From a virus, in the IMG/VR virus record IMGVR_UViG_3300031997_000006, positions 1-64,000 of that record: DNA of 64,000 nt. One strand, written 5' to 3'. Position 1 is the stretch's first letter. Each line of letters starts with the position of its first letter. Shown in pieces: positions 40,332 through 49,303 of the stretch. The notes under the pieces were generated by a model. The model did no database searches, was not told where the DNA came from, and saw only the letters and a program-made list of their open reading frames with translations. A program made the translations under genes and the position numbers.

Positions 40332-40916
40332 ATGGCAAAATTACCTGATGTAGATATCGATTTGTGTTCTTCGTTTAATCCAAAAAACTATTTTCCAGAA
40401 ATAGTATTAGCTTCTCGAATAGAAAAACATGAACTTAAAAAGCACCAAGTTGGGGTTTATTTTCAAAATATAGCTATAGATCCAATAACTAAATTTGCTG
40501 CTATTCCGTATGATAAAGCAGCTGAAATGAATTATTTTAAAATCGATATATTACATTTAACAATTTTAGATTATTTTGAAAATAAACAACAAATTAAAGT
40601 ATTAATAAGAAAAGCTCCAAATTGGGAGATGTTAGAAGATCCAAATATTGTACAAAAATTATTTCAAATTGCAAAACATTATGATATTATTAATGAAGTT
40701 AAACCAACTTCAATTCTTGAATTAGCAGACTGTGTTGCTTTAATACGACCTGGTAAAAGATATTTACTTAAAAAATATAATACTGATAAATATAATATTA
40801 GAACAATACTTTATAATAAAACACATGCATCTGATTATAAAAAATCGCACGCTATTGCATATTCAACTATTATAGTATTACAAATGCATCTTATAGCAGC
40901 AAACATAATTAAATAG
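40332..40916 (+). CDS. DnaE-like catalytic fragment (highly reduced)
   Basis: PDVDID, KH..GV, KIDIL, ALIRPG, KKSHAIAY in DnaE order. Confidence 0.8.
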   Translation: MAKLPDVDIDLCSSFNPKNYFPEIVLASRIEKHELKKHQVGVYFQNIAIDPITKFAAIPYDKAAEMNYFKIDILHLTILDYFENKQQIKVLIRKAPNWEMLEDPNIVQKLFQIAKHYDIINEVKPTSILELADCVALIRPGKRYLLKKYNTDKYNIRTILYNKTHASDYKKSHAIAYSTIIVLQMHLIAANIIK

Positions 40917-40926
40917 GAAATAAACT

Positions 40927-41292
40927 ATGTTATTTGAAGATTACACCCAACATTTATCTAGTATAAATTTAACAGATCATCAAAAAATGGTACTTGCAAA
41001 AGCGGTTGAAGCTGGTGCTATTGATGAACCTGCTAGAGTTTTATTAGCTGATGCTAAATTTATAGCTGCAAGAGATATATTAGATGAATTAGATATAATT
41101 GAATATACTCATGAAACTGATTTAATTTCTATAACTCAAACAGGTATAAATATAATGCAACAAAATAACATTATAGATGAATCAAATCAATTAACAGAAG
41201 ATGGTAAAGCTTACGCAGAGGATAAAGTACCTGACGAAAAAACACCAACTGTTGAACAGCATACATTTAAAGAATTTTTAAATTTAAGTTAG
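40927..41292 (+). CDS. Putative head protein
   Basis: 121 aa acidic; C-terminal TFKEFL. Confidence 0.5.
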   Translation: MLFEDYTQHLSSINLTDHQKMVLAKAVEAGAIDEPARVLLADAKFIAARDILDELDIIEYTHETDLISITQTGINIMQQNNIIDESNQLTEDGKAYAEDKVPDEKTPTVEQHTFKEFLNLS

Positions 41293-41733
41293 TTCAGCAG
41301 TATGTAATAAAGAAAGTGCTAATGATATAGTACGTTTTTTTCTTTTTTTAATAAAAAATATATTAGTCGTTGGATAATGTTGAACCGGTCCAATAATTCG
41401 AGTCACACTATCGATATGATATATTTTAAGTATTTTTGCCGCTGATGCACTCAACCCGTTTATCGACAAATCAACTGATAACGGTCTATTATAATAATTA
41501 TTACTATACCAATCAATAGCAACTTCAATTATTTTACTTTCATCAACCCCTTCTGTTTTACATAAATCAAGTACATATAGTTTTATTGATTTATTATCTG
41601 AATTATCTATAATAGAAATTATGTTATGTAAATGTTTATATTGTAATAATGTCACAAATGGATACCCTATGTAATCATCTGGGTGCTGCTCAATTATAAC
41701 ATCTTTTTTAAATCTTGGTAATCCGTTAATCAT
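41284..41733 (-). CDS. Hypothetical protein
   Basis: Likely ATG at 41733 with AAGGA SD; YPFVT, GP, KKRKKR. Confidence 0.55.
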   Translation of the reverse strand: MINGLPRFKKDVIIEQHPDDYIGYPFVTLLQYKHLHNIISIIDNSDNKSIKLYVLDLCKTEGVDESKIIEVAIDWYSNNYYNRPLSVDLSINGLSASAAKILKIYHIDSVTRIIGPVQHYPTTNIFFIKKRKKRTISLALSLLHTAELT

Positions 41734-41797
41734 TTTATACTTTCCTTGTCTGTTATGATAAATATTTAAAACATAAGAGTATTTAGTGGAGAGAAAC

Positions 41798-42547
41798 ATG
41801 AGTTGTACATTTAAACAATACTTAGCAGAAAATTATAAACTAAAAAAAATAAAAAGCTTAAAATCGTTGGTATCAAAAGCAGGTACGCATGGTGTTAATC
41901 AACATGATACATCCACTGGGGATATAGGAGAAAGCTATAAATTAATTAAGCTTCAAGATATGCATACAACTGAACCAAAATATGAAGAAGGTCATAAATT
42001 ATTTAAAAAGTCACGTGGTCGAAATATATTCTATGATAATCCTCAAAATGGACCATACCCAACTGGAGCAAAAGATTGGGATGATGGCACAGATTATGAA
42101 GAAGATGAAGAAAACGTTGATTATGATAAGCGCTCCGATTATAATGATTCATCAGCTCATAAAAATCGACACCCATTAGCTGATTATTTAAATGATGATT
42201 CTGATGACAAAGGTAAATCACATAATAAAGATCATGATAAAAAGGATCACAAGCCTGATAAAGACAAAGATACTAAAAACAAAGACCCAGATAAACAGGG
42301 TTTAATTAGAAAAATCGATGGAGCTCATTTAATATATAAACGTGTTAATGAAGATGGTACATATAATGAGTTGTGGATGTATAATGTTAGTCGGGGAAAT
42401 AAAAATGAATATGATATTAGGTCTGAAATATTAGCTAGTACTGACATTGAACAAAAAAGTGGTGTGTCTGCTAGTGGAAATCAGAAATATATATTATGGA
42501 CCAATAATAATGTGCAAATGATGCAAGTAACTGGTCTTCCAAATTAA
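41798..42547 (+). CDS. Putative head internal protein
   Basis: MSCTFKQYLAE resembles the T4 capsid-targeting sequence; DPDKQG.IR.I.GAHL.YKR C-domain. Confidence 0.6.
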   Translation: MSCTFKQYLAENYKLKKIKSLKSLVSKAGTHGVNQHDTSTGDIGESYKLIKLQDMHTTEPKYEEGHKLFKKSRGRNIFYDNPQNGPYPTGAKDWDDGTDYEEDEENVDYDKRSDYNDSSAHKNRHPLADYLNDDSDDKGKSHNKDHDKKDHKPDKDKDTKNKDPDKQGLIRKIDGAHLIYKRVNEDGTYNELWMYNVSRGNKNEYDIRSEILASTDIEQKSGVSASGNQKYILWTNNNVQMMQVTGLPN

Positions 42548-42566
42548 TTTTTATTAAGAAGGTTTT

Positions 42567-42992
42567 ATGCAAGAACAAAATGACATACTAGAATCACCAG
42601 TATTTGAGTGTGTGTTTATACAAGGAAGTTTAAATACTCACCCAAGTAGAGTATACGAGTTACCAGTTATAGAAGAAGTTGCTACTTTTTCGAAAGATAT
42701 TTTTAATAATTTATCAACAGAATGTATAGAAACTGATATAAACCCAGGCACTGGGGATGTAGAATTAAAACTACCATTAACATTACAAGTAGCTATGGAT
42801 GAATTACGTAAGTGTTTTCAAATAGCACAAAACTATAAAAGAGAAATAGCAGAAGCAAAAACTACTGTAAAAAAGAATTACCTCAAAAAGAAGAACAGAA
42901 AAAATAGTGAATATGCCGAAAAAATAATCATATTCATTAACAAATATCAGAGCAGCAGAGCTAATGTTGAAACACAACAAGTTATTATTTAA
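42567..42992 (+). CDS. Hypothetical protein
   Basis: 141-aa ORF. Confidence 0.55.
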   Translation: MQEQNDILESPVFECVFIQGSLNTHPSRVYELPVIEEVATFSKDIFNNLSTECIETDINPGTGDVELKLPLTLQVAMDELRKCFQIAQNYKREIAEAKTTVKKNYLKKKNRKNSEYAEKIIIFINKYQSSRANVETQQVII

Positions 42993-43020
42993 TTGTGTAA
43001 CACTTTATACAACGTGTAAA

Positions 43021-43118
43021 CCACAAATTGTCTAAAAGTTCTCCTTTTAGTTTGTAGTGGCCGAGAAAAACGGAACTCGCAACCTTAACCGTTATTAACC
43101 CATTTCCAAGGAAGAAAA
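43021..43118 (+). promoter_or_regulatory. Candidate structured folE leader with anti-SD
   Basis: CTAAAAG/CTTTTAG stem; TTCTCCTT (43039-46) complementary to AAGGAAGAA (43108-16) with one bulge. Confidence 0.4.
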
Positions 43119-43787
43119 ATGAAAACAGATAAAGAATTAGGAAAGCGTGTATTTGAACATTTAAAAATTTTAGGACTTGAAACTCCTGTAACAAATTTAG
43201 TATATGTTAATGATGATACAAAAATTGAACAAATTGTGCCATTATTCAAGCAAATAATGGAAGTATTAGGACTAGATTTAAGTGATGATAGTTTAGCAGA
43301 AACTCCTCAACGTATAGCTAAAATGTACGTTAAGGAAATATTTTCTGGTTTAAATTACGATAATTTTCCTAAACTCACTGTAATTGAAAATAAGATGTCA
43401 TGTAGGGATGAATATATCCTTGAAAAAAATATAAAATTTAATTCAACGTGCGAACATCACTTTTTGCCAATTTTAGGTATAAACGGTGGTTGCCATGTGG
43501 CTTATATTCCAGATAAGTTCGTTGTAGGTTTATCAAAAATTAATCGTGTTGTTAAATTTTTTGCAAAAAATCCAGCTGTTCAAGAAAGAACTACTCATCA
43601 AATATTAGTGACATTACAATTTTTACTTGAAACTACAGATGTAGCTGTAGTTATTGATGCAGTGCATACTTGTGTTGCAACAAGGGGGGTTGAAGATGGA
43701 ACAAGTTCAACCAGTACTGCTGCAATTGGTGGAGTATTTAAAACTGATAAGCAAATTCGTGCAGAATTCTTTAACAATTGTAAGTAG
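43119..43787 (+). CDS. folE: GTP cyclohydrolase I
   Basis: ETPQRIAKMY, STCEHH, GLSKINR, VQER, H.C...RG. Confidence 0.95.
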   Translation: MKTDKELGKRVFEHLKILGLETPVTNLVYVNDDTKIEQIVPLFKQIMEVLGLDLSDDSLAETPQRIAKMYVKEIFSGLNYDNFPKLTVIENKMSCRDEYILEKNIKFNSTCEHHFLPILGINGGCHVAYIPDKFVVGLSKINRVVKFFAKNPAVQERTTHQILVTLQFLLETTDVAVVIDAVHTCVATRGVEDGTSSTSTAAIGGVFKTDKQIRAEFFNNCK

Positions 43788-43991
43788 ATGAATATAAAAA
43801 ATAAGATTGAATTAGATAAATGGATGTTTACTCAATATCAAAATGGTCATGATATTCATTCTATAAAAGGTGCTCCTAAATCGTGGATGAAATACGAGGA
43901 TGATACACCAATAGAACATCCAGTTAATTATATGTGGGTAAATTCTTCTACAGGCGAAAAATTTAACATCATTTACGATAAACCACAATAA
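43788..43991 (+). CDS. Hypothetical protein
   Basis: 67-aa ORF directly after folE. Confidence 0.45.
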   Translation: MNIKNKIELDKWMFTQYQNGHDIHSIKGAPKSWMKYEDDTPIEHPVNYMWVNSSTGEKFNIIYDKPQ

Positions 43992-44077
43992 AAATATTCA
44001 TATATTTGTGTAACATTTTGGTAATTTAATAAATATTAGTACACTTAAGTAATATAAAATTTTATTACCAAAAATAC

Positions 44078-44266
44078 ATGAATTTACCATTAACTGTGCA
44101 CTTTTATTATGATACTTATGATCCAGTCAATACATACCCGGATCCACAAAAATCGCATGGTTCTTTTAATTATAAAAAAATAATAGCTATGTCAAATGGT
44201 CGAACAATACATCAAACTACCTTATTTAATTTTCGTGGATATTTAATGAGTGATGAGTTTTTTTAA
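44078..44266 (+). CDS. Hypothetical protein
   Basis: 62-aa ORF, weak SD. Confidence 0.3.
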   Translation: MNLPLTVHFYYDTYDPVNTYPDPQKSHGSFNYKKIIAMSNGRTIHQTTLFNFRGYLMSDEFF

Positions 44267-44314
44267 AACTGTAACTATGTAAATCATCAATTAATACAAC
44301 TATAAAAATATTAG

Positions 44315-44343
44315 TTGATTTCTACATAAAAACTACATATAAT
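44315..44343 (+). promoter_or_regulatory. sigma70-like promoter
   Basis: TTGATT-17-TATAAT. Confidence 0.7.
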
Positions 44344-44373
44344 ACTAACATATTAACAATTAAATGTATTTTT

Positions 44374-44595
44374 ATGAAACTAATATTATTAATCTTATGT
44401 TGCACATTATTATCAGGATGTCTTTGGGGTGCAAAGGGAATTTTAACTAAACCAGGTGGGTATTATGGTTGTGATCGGTTTGAATACAATGAAACTGCAA
44501 ATTATCGATATCCTGGTTGGAGTAAATATAATAATTACGACATAATGAGACCTCAGTATAAAACTCAACAATATGATCATTATGGATTTAAATAA
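44374..44595 (+). CDS. Small lipoprotein
   Basis: Signal peptide with LSGC lipobox. Confidence 0.7.
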   Translation: MKLILLILCCTLLSGCLWGAKGILTKPGGYYGCDRFEYNETANYRYPGWSKYNNYDIMRPQYKTQQYDHYGFK

Positions 44596-44650
44596 TTAAT
44601 TGTTTGAAAATTATAAATATACTTATATAACATAATTATGAGTATATTTA

Positions 44651-44857
44651 ATGAAACTAGAAGAGTTATTTAAATCAAAAATAAAATCTAAAAAATTACC
44701 AAACAACATTACCTCAACTAATTTTATAAATGATAATAGAACTGATGCTGAATTAGAACGTGATTCATATAGAGCTAAAATGTTAAAATATCAAGAACCT
44801 TCAGGTGTTAATAGAGGTGAAGAACGTAATAATAAACAAGATTGGGTGTTTGGATAA
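44651..44857 (+). CDS. Small late protein
   Basis: MKLEELF leader; TATAAATA at 44612-44619. Confidence 0.55.
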   Translation: MKLEELFKSKIKSKKLPNNITSTNFINDNRTDAELERDSYRAKMLKYQEPSGVNRGEERNNKQDWVFG

Positions 44858-44873
44858 AAAGATCAAATAATAG

Positions 44874-44925
44874 TTGATAGTTTAATTAATCCCTTTTATA
44901 CTCATCAGAGTTATAAAAGGGATTA
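44874..44925 (+). promoter_or_regulatory. sigma70-like promoter with -10 inside a long inverted repeat
   Basis: TTGATA(44874)-17-TATACT(44897); TTAATCCCTTTTATA..TATAAAAGGGATTAA. Confidence 0.6.
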
Positions 44926-44974
44926 ATATTGTTTAGTGCTAATGAATAGCACTATTTAACAGCAAGGATGCTAT

Positions 44975-46168
44975 ATGATTGAATTAACGGAATACCACAA
45001 AACATTATACGCAGATTTGTTACATTTAACAGACACCAATGAAGCGTTCTATTTCCGTGATAATATTAAAGACGATGTAACCTATCGTATTTTTACGTAT
45101 AGATTAGCATCATATTCTGATTTTTTATTGCCAGGTGCACTAGAATGTCGCGGAATTATGTTTGAATTGGCGAACGATCACCCTGTTCGATTAGCTTCAT
45201 TACCAATGGCCAAATTTTGGAATTGGAAAGAGAATCCCGCTACAACGAATCTCGACTTTCATAATTTTAAACAAATTATGCATAAATTGGACGGGAGCTT
45301 AATTTCGACTTTCCAACATAAAGGTATAGTTTATTTTAAATCTAAAACTGCATTATATTCTGATCATGCTAAAGCAGCTACTGATTATGCAATTAGTGTT
45401 GTACCTGATTATAGCAACAATATACAAACATCATTATATGATGAATTTAAAGTAATTGAAACTGCTGGACATACTGTTAATTGTGAGTTTACATCTCCAC
45501 ATTACCCATTTAGAATTGTTGTTGGTTATCAAGAACCAAAATTAACAATTCTAAATGTTCGTCATCGTGGAACAGGTGTTTATGTTACACTAGATGAAGT
45601 ACAAAATGTTTTAAATTTATTTTATAAAAATAAAAACGATCGAATGATTACTGCTCATTGGATCGAAACTGTTAATGTTGCTAATGATGAAATTGATGAT
45701 TTTATTAATTCTATTGATGCACAAACTGGAATTGAAGGTTATGTTATTCAATTACACGATGGAATGTTAGTTAAAATCAAAACTGATTGGTATCGTGCAT
45801 TACATCATGTTAAAGATAGTATTAATTGTATGCGTAGATTATTTGAAGCTGTTCTTGAAGAAACAACTGATGATTTAAGATCAATGTTATATGATGATCC
45901 AGTTTCATTAGAACGCATTAATGATATGGAAATTAAAGTTGTTCATATTTATAATAGCACTATTAAAAATGTTGAATCTTTCTATGAAGATAATGTTAAC
46001 CTAGATCGAAAAGATTATGCTATAAAGGGACAGCAAATACTTTCACATCTTGAGTTTGGTTTAGCAATGAATAAATATAGTGGAAAAATAATTGATTATA
46101 AAGGTATAATTAAAAAGAATTATAAATCATTTGGTATTATAGAAGATGAACCTGAACTAACTGAATAA
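44975..46168 (+). CDS. rnlA: RNA ligase 1 (T4 gp63-like)
   Basis: ECRG, KF.N, KLDGS, EGYV, KIK motifs. Confidence 0.9.
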   Translation: MIELTEYHKTLYADLLHLTDTNEAFYFRDNIKDDVTYRIFTYRLASYSDFLLPGALECRGIMFELANDHPVRLASLPMAKFWNWKENPATTNLDFHNFKQIMHKLDGSLISTFQHKGIVYFKSKTALYSDHAKAATDYAISVVPDYSNNIQTSLYDEFKVIETAGHTVNCEFTSPHYPFRIVVGYQEPKLTILNVRHRGTGVYVTLDEVQNVLNLFYKNKNDRMITAHWIETVNVANDEIDDFINSIDAQTGIEGYVIQLHDGMLVKIKTDWYRALHHVKDSINCMRRLFEAVLEETTDDLRSMLYDDPVSLERINDMEIKVVHIYNSTIKNVESFYEDNVNLDRKDYAIKGQQILSHLEFGLAMNKYSGKIIDYKGIIKKNYKSFGIIEDEPELTE

Positions 46169-46271
46169 TATAATTAAATCCTTTGAGATTTAATGGCTCT
46201 CAAGAGATACTTAAATATATACTATCTCTTGTTAGTGTTATTTAATAATACGTGATATTGGACATTTTAAA

Positions 46272-46922
46272 ATGACTGAAGTAGATGCTTTAAAAACAGA
46301 ATTTGGTTTTGATCCAACTAGTATAGCTAATATAGGGAAATGGGGTATTGTACGGTGTCTAGAGATAGAGGAAAACGCTGTTGGTGCACAATTAGGTGAT
46401 TTGTATATAATGACAAGCATATATACAGACAATCATCAAGATTTTGCAAAACTAGGTAGGTACATTGGAATGTCTACTGGAGCAATAATACCTACTGCAA
46501 GGTTTCATTATTATCGATCAAAAACCAACGCTATGAAAATAGCAAGCGATCGAAAAAAACAGCATCCAATTCAACCATTAGAATTCGATACTAATAATGT
46601 ATTGCGGTTTAAACCCAATATGATTGTTACTAAGTTGTTAAAAGAAGGTCCATTTACTATGAATGATTTTTGTGTTGGTTTCTCTGATGAAGACAAAATA
46701 CAATTTGCACAATTAATTGGATATAGTTTATCTGGTTTTAGTGAGCTATCATATGTTGATGACGCAACTTATGATGCAGTTCACCAAATGTATACAATGG
46801 GCATATCTGAAAGTGATGCACGAATATACACCCTTGAAGATAAATTAAAAATTGTTCAAGATAATCTTAAACCTATAATTATATCATTATTTAATATCCC
46901 TGAAGAAGATTTAACATTTTGA
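46272..46922 (+). CDS. Hypothetical protein
   Basis: HPIQPL..D...RFK.N...QFAQLIGYSLSGF.EL. Confidence 0.55.
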   Translation: MTEVDALKTEFGFDPTSIANIGKWGIVRCLEIEENAVGAQLGDLYIMTSIYTDNHQDFAKLGRYIGMSTGAIIPTARFHYYRSKTNAMKIASDRKKQHPIQPLEFDTNNVLRFKPNMIVTKLLKEGPFTMNDFCVGFSDEDKIQFAQLIGYSLSGFSELSYVDDATYDAVHQMYTMGISESDARIYTLEDKLKIVQDNLKPIIISLFNIPEEDLTF

Positions 46923-47356
46923 AAACAATCATCGCAGGTAGTCGTGGTGCAACTCAATATAAGTTTATTGAATTGGCTACACAATTGTGTTATTTTGAAG
47001 TGACCTCCGTTGTTAGTGGAACTTGTAGAGGTGGTGATAAATTAGGTGAGCGGTATGCAACAGCTAATAATCTACCACTTGAATTATATCCCGCTGATTG
47101 GAAAAAATATGGAAAAAGTGCTGGATTCATTCGTAATGCAGAAATGGTTGAAAATGCAGATGCGTTGATTGCAATATGGGACGGATTTAGTAATGGTACA
47201 AAAAATATGATTGAAATTGCAAGAAGAAAAAAATTTCCAATTTTAGTTTATAATTATGTGGCTAACACAGTTTGGGTACATACAAAAAAAGGATGGATAC
47301 ATATAAATGTACCAATATCTGAAATAGATAAGCTTTTAGTTGATTACTATCTATAA
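46919..47356 (+). CDS. SLOG/YspA-like (DUF2493) protein
   Basis: IIAGSR, SG...G.D..GE, ADW...GK.AG..RN..M, WDG.S.GT. Confidence 0.8.
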   Translation: MKTIIAGSRGATQYKFIELATQLCYFEVTSVVSGTCRGGDKLGERYATANNLPLELYPADWKKYGKSAGFIRNAEMVENADALIAIWDGFSNGTKNMIEIARRKKFPILVYNYVANTVWVHTKKGWIHINVPISEIDKLLVDYYL

Positions 47357-47368
47357 TATTATTATAAT
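47340..47368 (+). promoter_or_regulatory. sigma70-like promoter
   Basis: TTGATT-17-TATAAT. Confidence 0.65.
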
Positions 47369-47422
47369 GTGTATATGTTGTATGTTGCAGCAATATACAT
47401 ATCATACAAATAAGGAATAAAA

Positions 47423-47758
47423 ATGACAGAATATACAGATAAAAACAGAATAGTTGTTAAAATTGGTGATATTATAAAATACGATGAACCAAATAGTAAT
47501 AAATGGGGCAAAGCTATTTATGAAATAGTTTATCATCGAGGTGAATTAGCTGGAGTACTTAGAGTAGGTTATCCATATTGGACTTTTGATGAACAACATA
47601 CACCTCTACGACTTATATTTTTTTGTATTAAGCCAGATACTGTTATGATTGATTCAGAAATTATTGGTAATATTCAGAAAAATGCTGATATGTTAACTAT
47701 AGCATATGCTGAAATATTATTCCCAAATATTATTCCAATAGTTAAAACTATTAAATAA
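47423..47758 (+). CDS. YopX-like protein
   Basis: DKN...I.GDI..EIIGNI. Confidence 0.6.
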   Translation: MTEYTDKNRIVVKIGDIIKYDEPNSNKWGKAIYEIVYHRGELAGVLRVGYPYWTFDEQHTPLRLIFFCIKPDTVMIDSEIIGNIQKNADMLTIAYAEILFPNIIPIVKTIK

Positions 47759-47781
47759 CTTGCACAATATAAATTAATACC

Positions 47782-47890
47782 GGCATTCATTGCGCACTGT
47801 TGTTCCTGATTCGCCGTGCTCATGCACAACAGTCAAGTTCTTCGACAGTTCGACTTATGTGATTTCTTTTCTCAGAGGCAATGCCTTTGC
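47782..47890 (-). ncRNA. Putative omegaRNA/reRNA scaffold overlapping tnpB 3' end
   Basis: GGCATT/AATGCC, CTGTTGT/ACAACAG and GTGC/GCAC pairings; expected position for TnpB RNA. Confidence 0.5.
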
Positions 47891-48926
47891 CCAACAATAG
47901 AGTATTAATCGCAGCATTTATGTCACGATCATGCGTAGCTCCACAACTACAACTCCACTGTCTTACTGCAAGCCCATCAAAACCACTCGGACCAGTCAGG
48001 TCTCCGCAATTTGAACAGGTCTTGGTGGAATTTCTATTACTTACCAGAACTAATTCTCCAAATCCATCAATTCTTGACGCTAATTTGTTTTTTAGTAGTT
48101 CTCGTATTTTGCCAAGTGCTAAATTGGCGTACTGCTTTCCATATTTTTGAATTAATCCCTTAAAATTATCATCTGACCAGAATATTTTTACATATATCGC
48201 AGCCAAATAAGTAGTTAATTTATGGTGGTGATCAGTTCTTTGATTTGTGATCTTTCTTTGTAGATATTTTAATTTTTTCGAGTTCTTTGATTTCCTCTGC
48301 AAATTACCAATTTTCTTTTCTGCATCTTGGTAGAATTTTGGAAAATCAATTTGTACTCCATCACTCAATGTCAAACTTGTTTTTAAACCAGGATCAATTC
48401 CTGCTTCTTTTCCATCTGTTATTTCTATTTTTTCTCTTGTTTGGTCATAACAACAACTCACATACCAACAATCGAATTTCTTAATCAATGTACATTTTTT
48501 TAATTTGCCCGTGAATTTACCTGATTCACTGATTTTTAAAGTTGTCTTTAATCCAGGGATTTTTAATCTGCCTGATTTGTCAAACTTGATATCACCTGCA
48601 AAATAAAAACTTTTCTTTTGTCTACAATTTTTATAATGTAGTCTGTGAATTCCGTGTTTCTTAAAACTTGTTAACACCGCTTGAATACAACAATTAATCA
48701 ATGCACTTGGAATTCCACATTTCTTGCTATGTCCAATTATCTTTTTTGATAATATACTTCTGAGTTGTATATCAGACATGAACATATACGCAAACCAGTT
48801 CTCGTCAAGTTCGTACTTGATTTGATTAATTACCCAATTTTCAATTCCAATAGCACTCCACAAGAAGTCATTGAGGACTTGTTCTTGTTTCTTAGTTGGA
48901 TAAATTTTGTGTGAAATATTAATCAT
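47820..48926 (-). CDS. tnpB: RNA-guided endonuclease TnpB homolog, possibly catalytically altered
   Basis: IYPT..Q, GIDPG, CSNCG..WSCSCG zinc finger, DRDINAA; likely ATG at 48926. Confidence 0.9.
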   Translation of the reverse strand: MINISHKIYPTKKQEQVLNDFLWSAIGIENWVINQIKYELDENWFAYMFMSDIQLRSILSKKIIGHSKKCGIPSALINCCIQAVLTSFKKHGIHRLHYKNCRQKKSFYFAGDIKFDKSGRLKIPGLKTTLKISESGKFTGKLKKCTLIKKFDCWYVSCCYDQTREKIEITDGKEAGIDPGLKTSLTLSDGVQIDFPKFYQDAEKKIGNLQRKSKNSKKLKYLQRKITNQRTDHHHKLTTYLAAIYVKIFWSDDNFKGLIQKYGKQYANLALGKIRELLKNKLASRIDGFGELVLVSNRNSTKTCSNCGDLTGPSGFDGLAVRQWSCSCGATHDRDINAAINTLLLGKGIASEKRNHISRTVEELDCCA

Positions 48927-49017
48927 AAATATATTATGGCTGCTCCTATAATACGTATCCACTGCTTTTTCAACTGATGAAAATGAGATGTGTAGAACCA
49001 ATTACAGCTATATAAAG

Positions 49018-49046
49018 TTGATTTATATTATATAATATGGTATAAT
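49018..49046 (+). promoter_or_regulatory. sigma70-like promoter
   Basis: TTGATT-17-TATAAT. Confidence 0.7.
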
Positions 49047-49052
49047 ATACCT

Positions 49053-49259
49053 ATGAAAATAAAAGATATTATACCTGGTATGCGTTGTACAGTTAATAGA
49101 CATGGAGATATCTATTTTGACACAGCTATAAGACTATTTTTGGGAGCTGATTGTATTGTAATTAAAATAACTAAATCAGGGTTAGTTCAAGTGGCATTAA
49201 CAGAATTTCCTAAACAAGTATACAGTGTACCAGCTCATAATATATCTTTATTACTTTAA
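49053..49259 (+). CDS. Small hypothetical protein (SH3-like), possibly leaderless
   Basis: ATG 6 nt after the -10 box. Confidence 0.5.
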   Translation: MKIKDIIPGMRCTVNRHGDIYFDTAIRLFLGADCIVIKITKSGLVQVALTEFPKQVYSVPAHNISLLL

Positions 49260-49303
49260 TATAAGATAAACTAATTAATGGTATATAGTATATAGGAGAG
49301 AAT

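Larger units (their letters stand above)
47780..48999 (-). mobile_element. TnpB-only IS200/IS605/IS607-family element
   Basis: Higher-GC island bounded by CC (GG on the element strand) at 47780-81 and 48998-99; no transposase gene. Confidence 0.65.

Noticed and set aside
23693-40916. DnaE split intein as in cyanobacteria
   Set aside because: Neither fragment carries Hint motifs at the junction ends.
47820-48926. Cas12f/Cas14 CRISPR effector
   Set aside because: No adjacent array; size and context fit an IS-derived TnpB.
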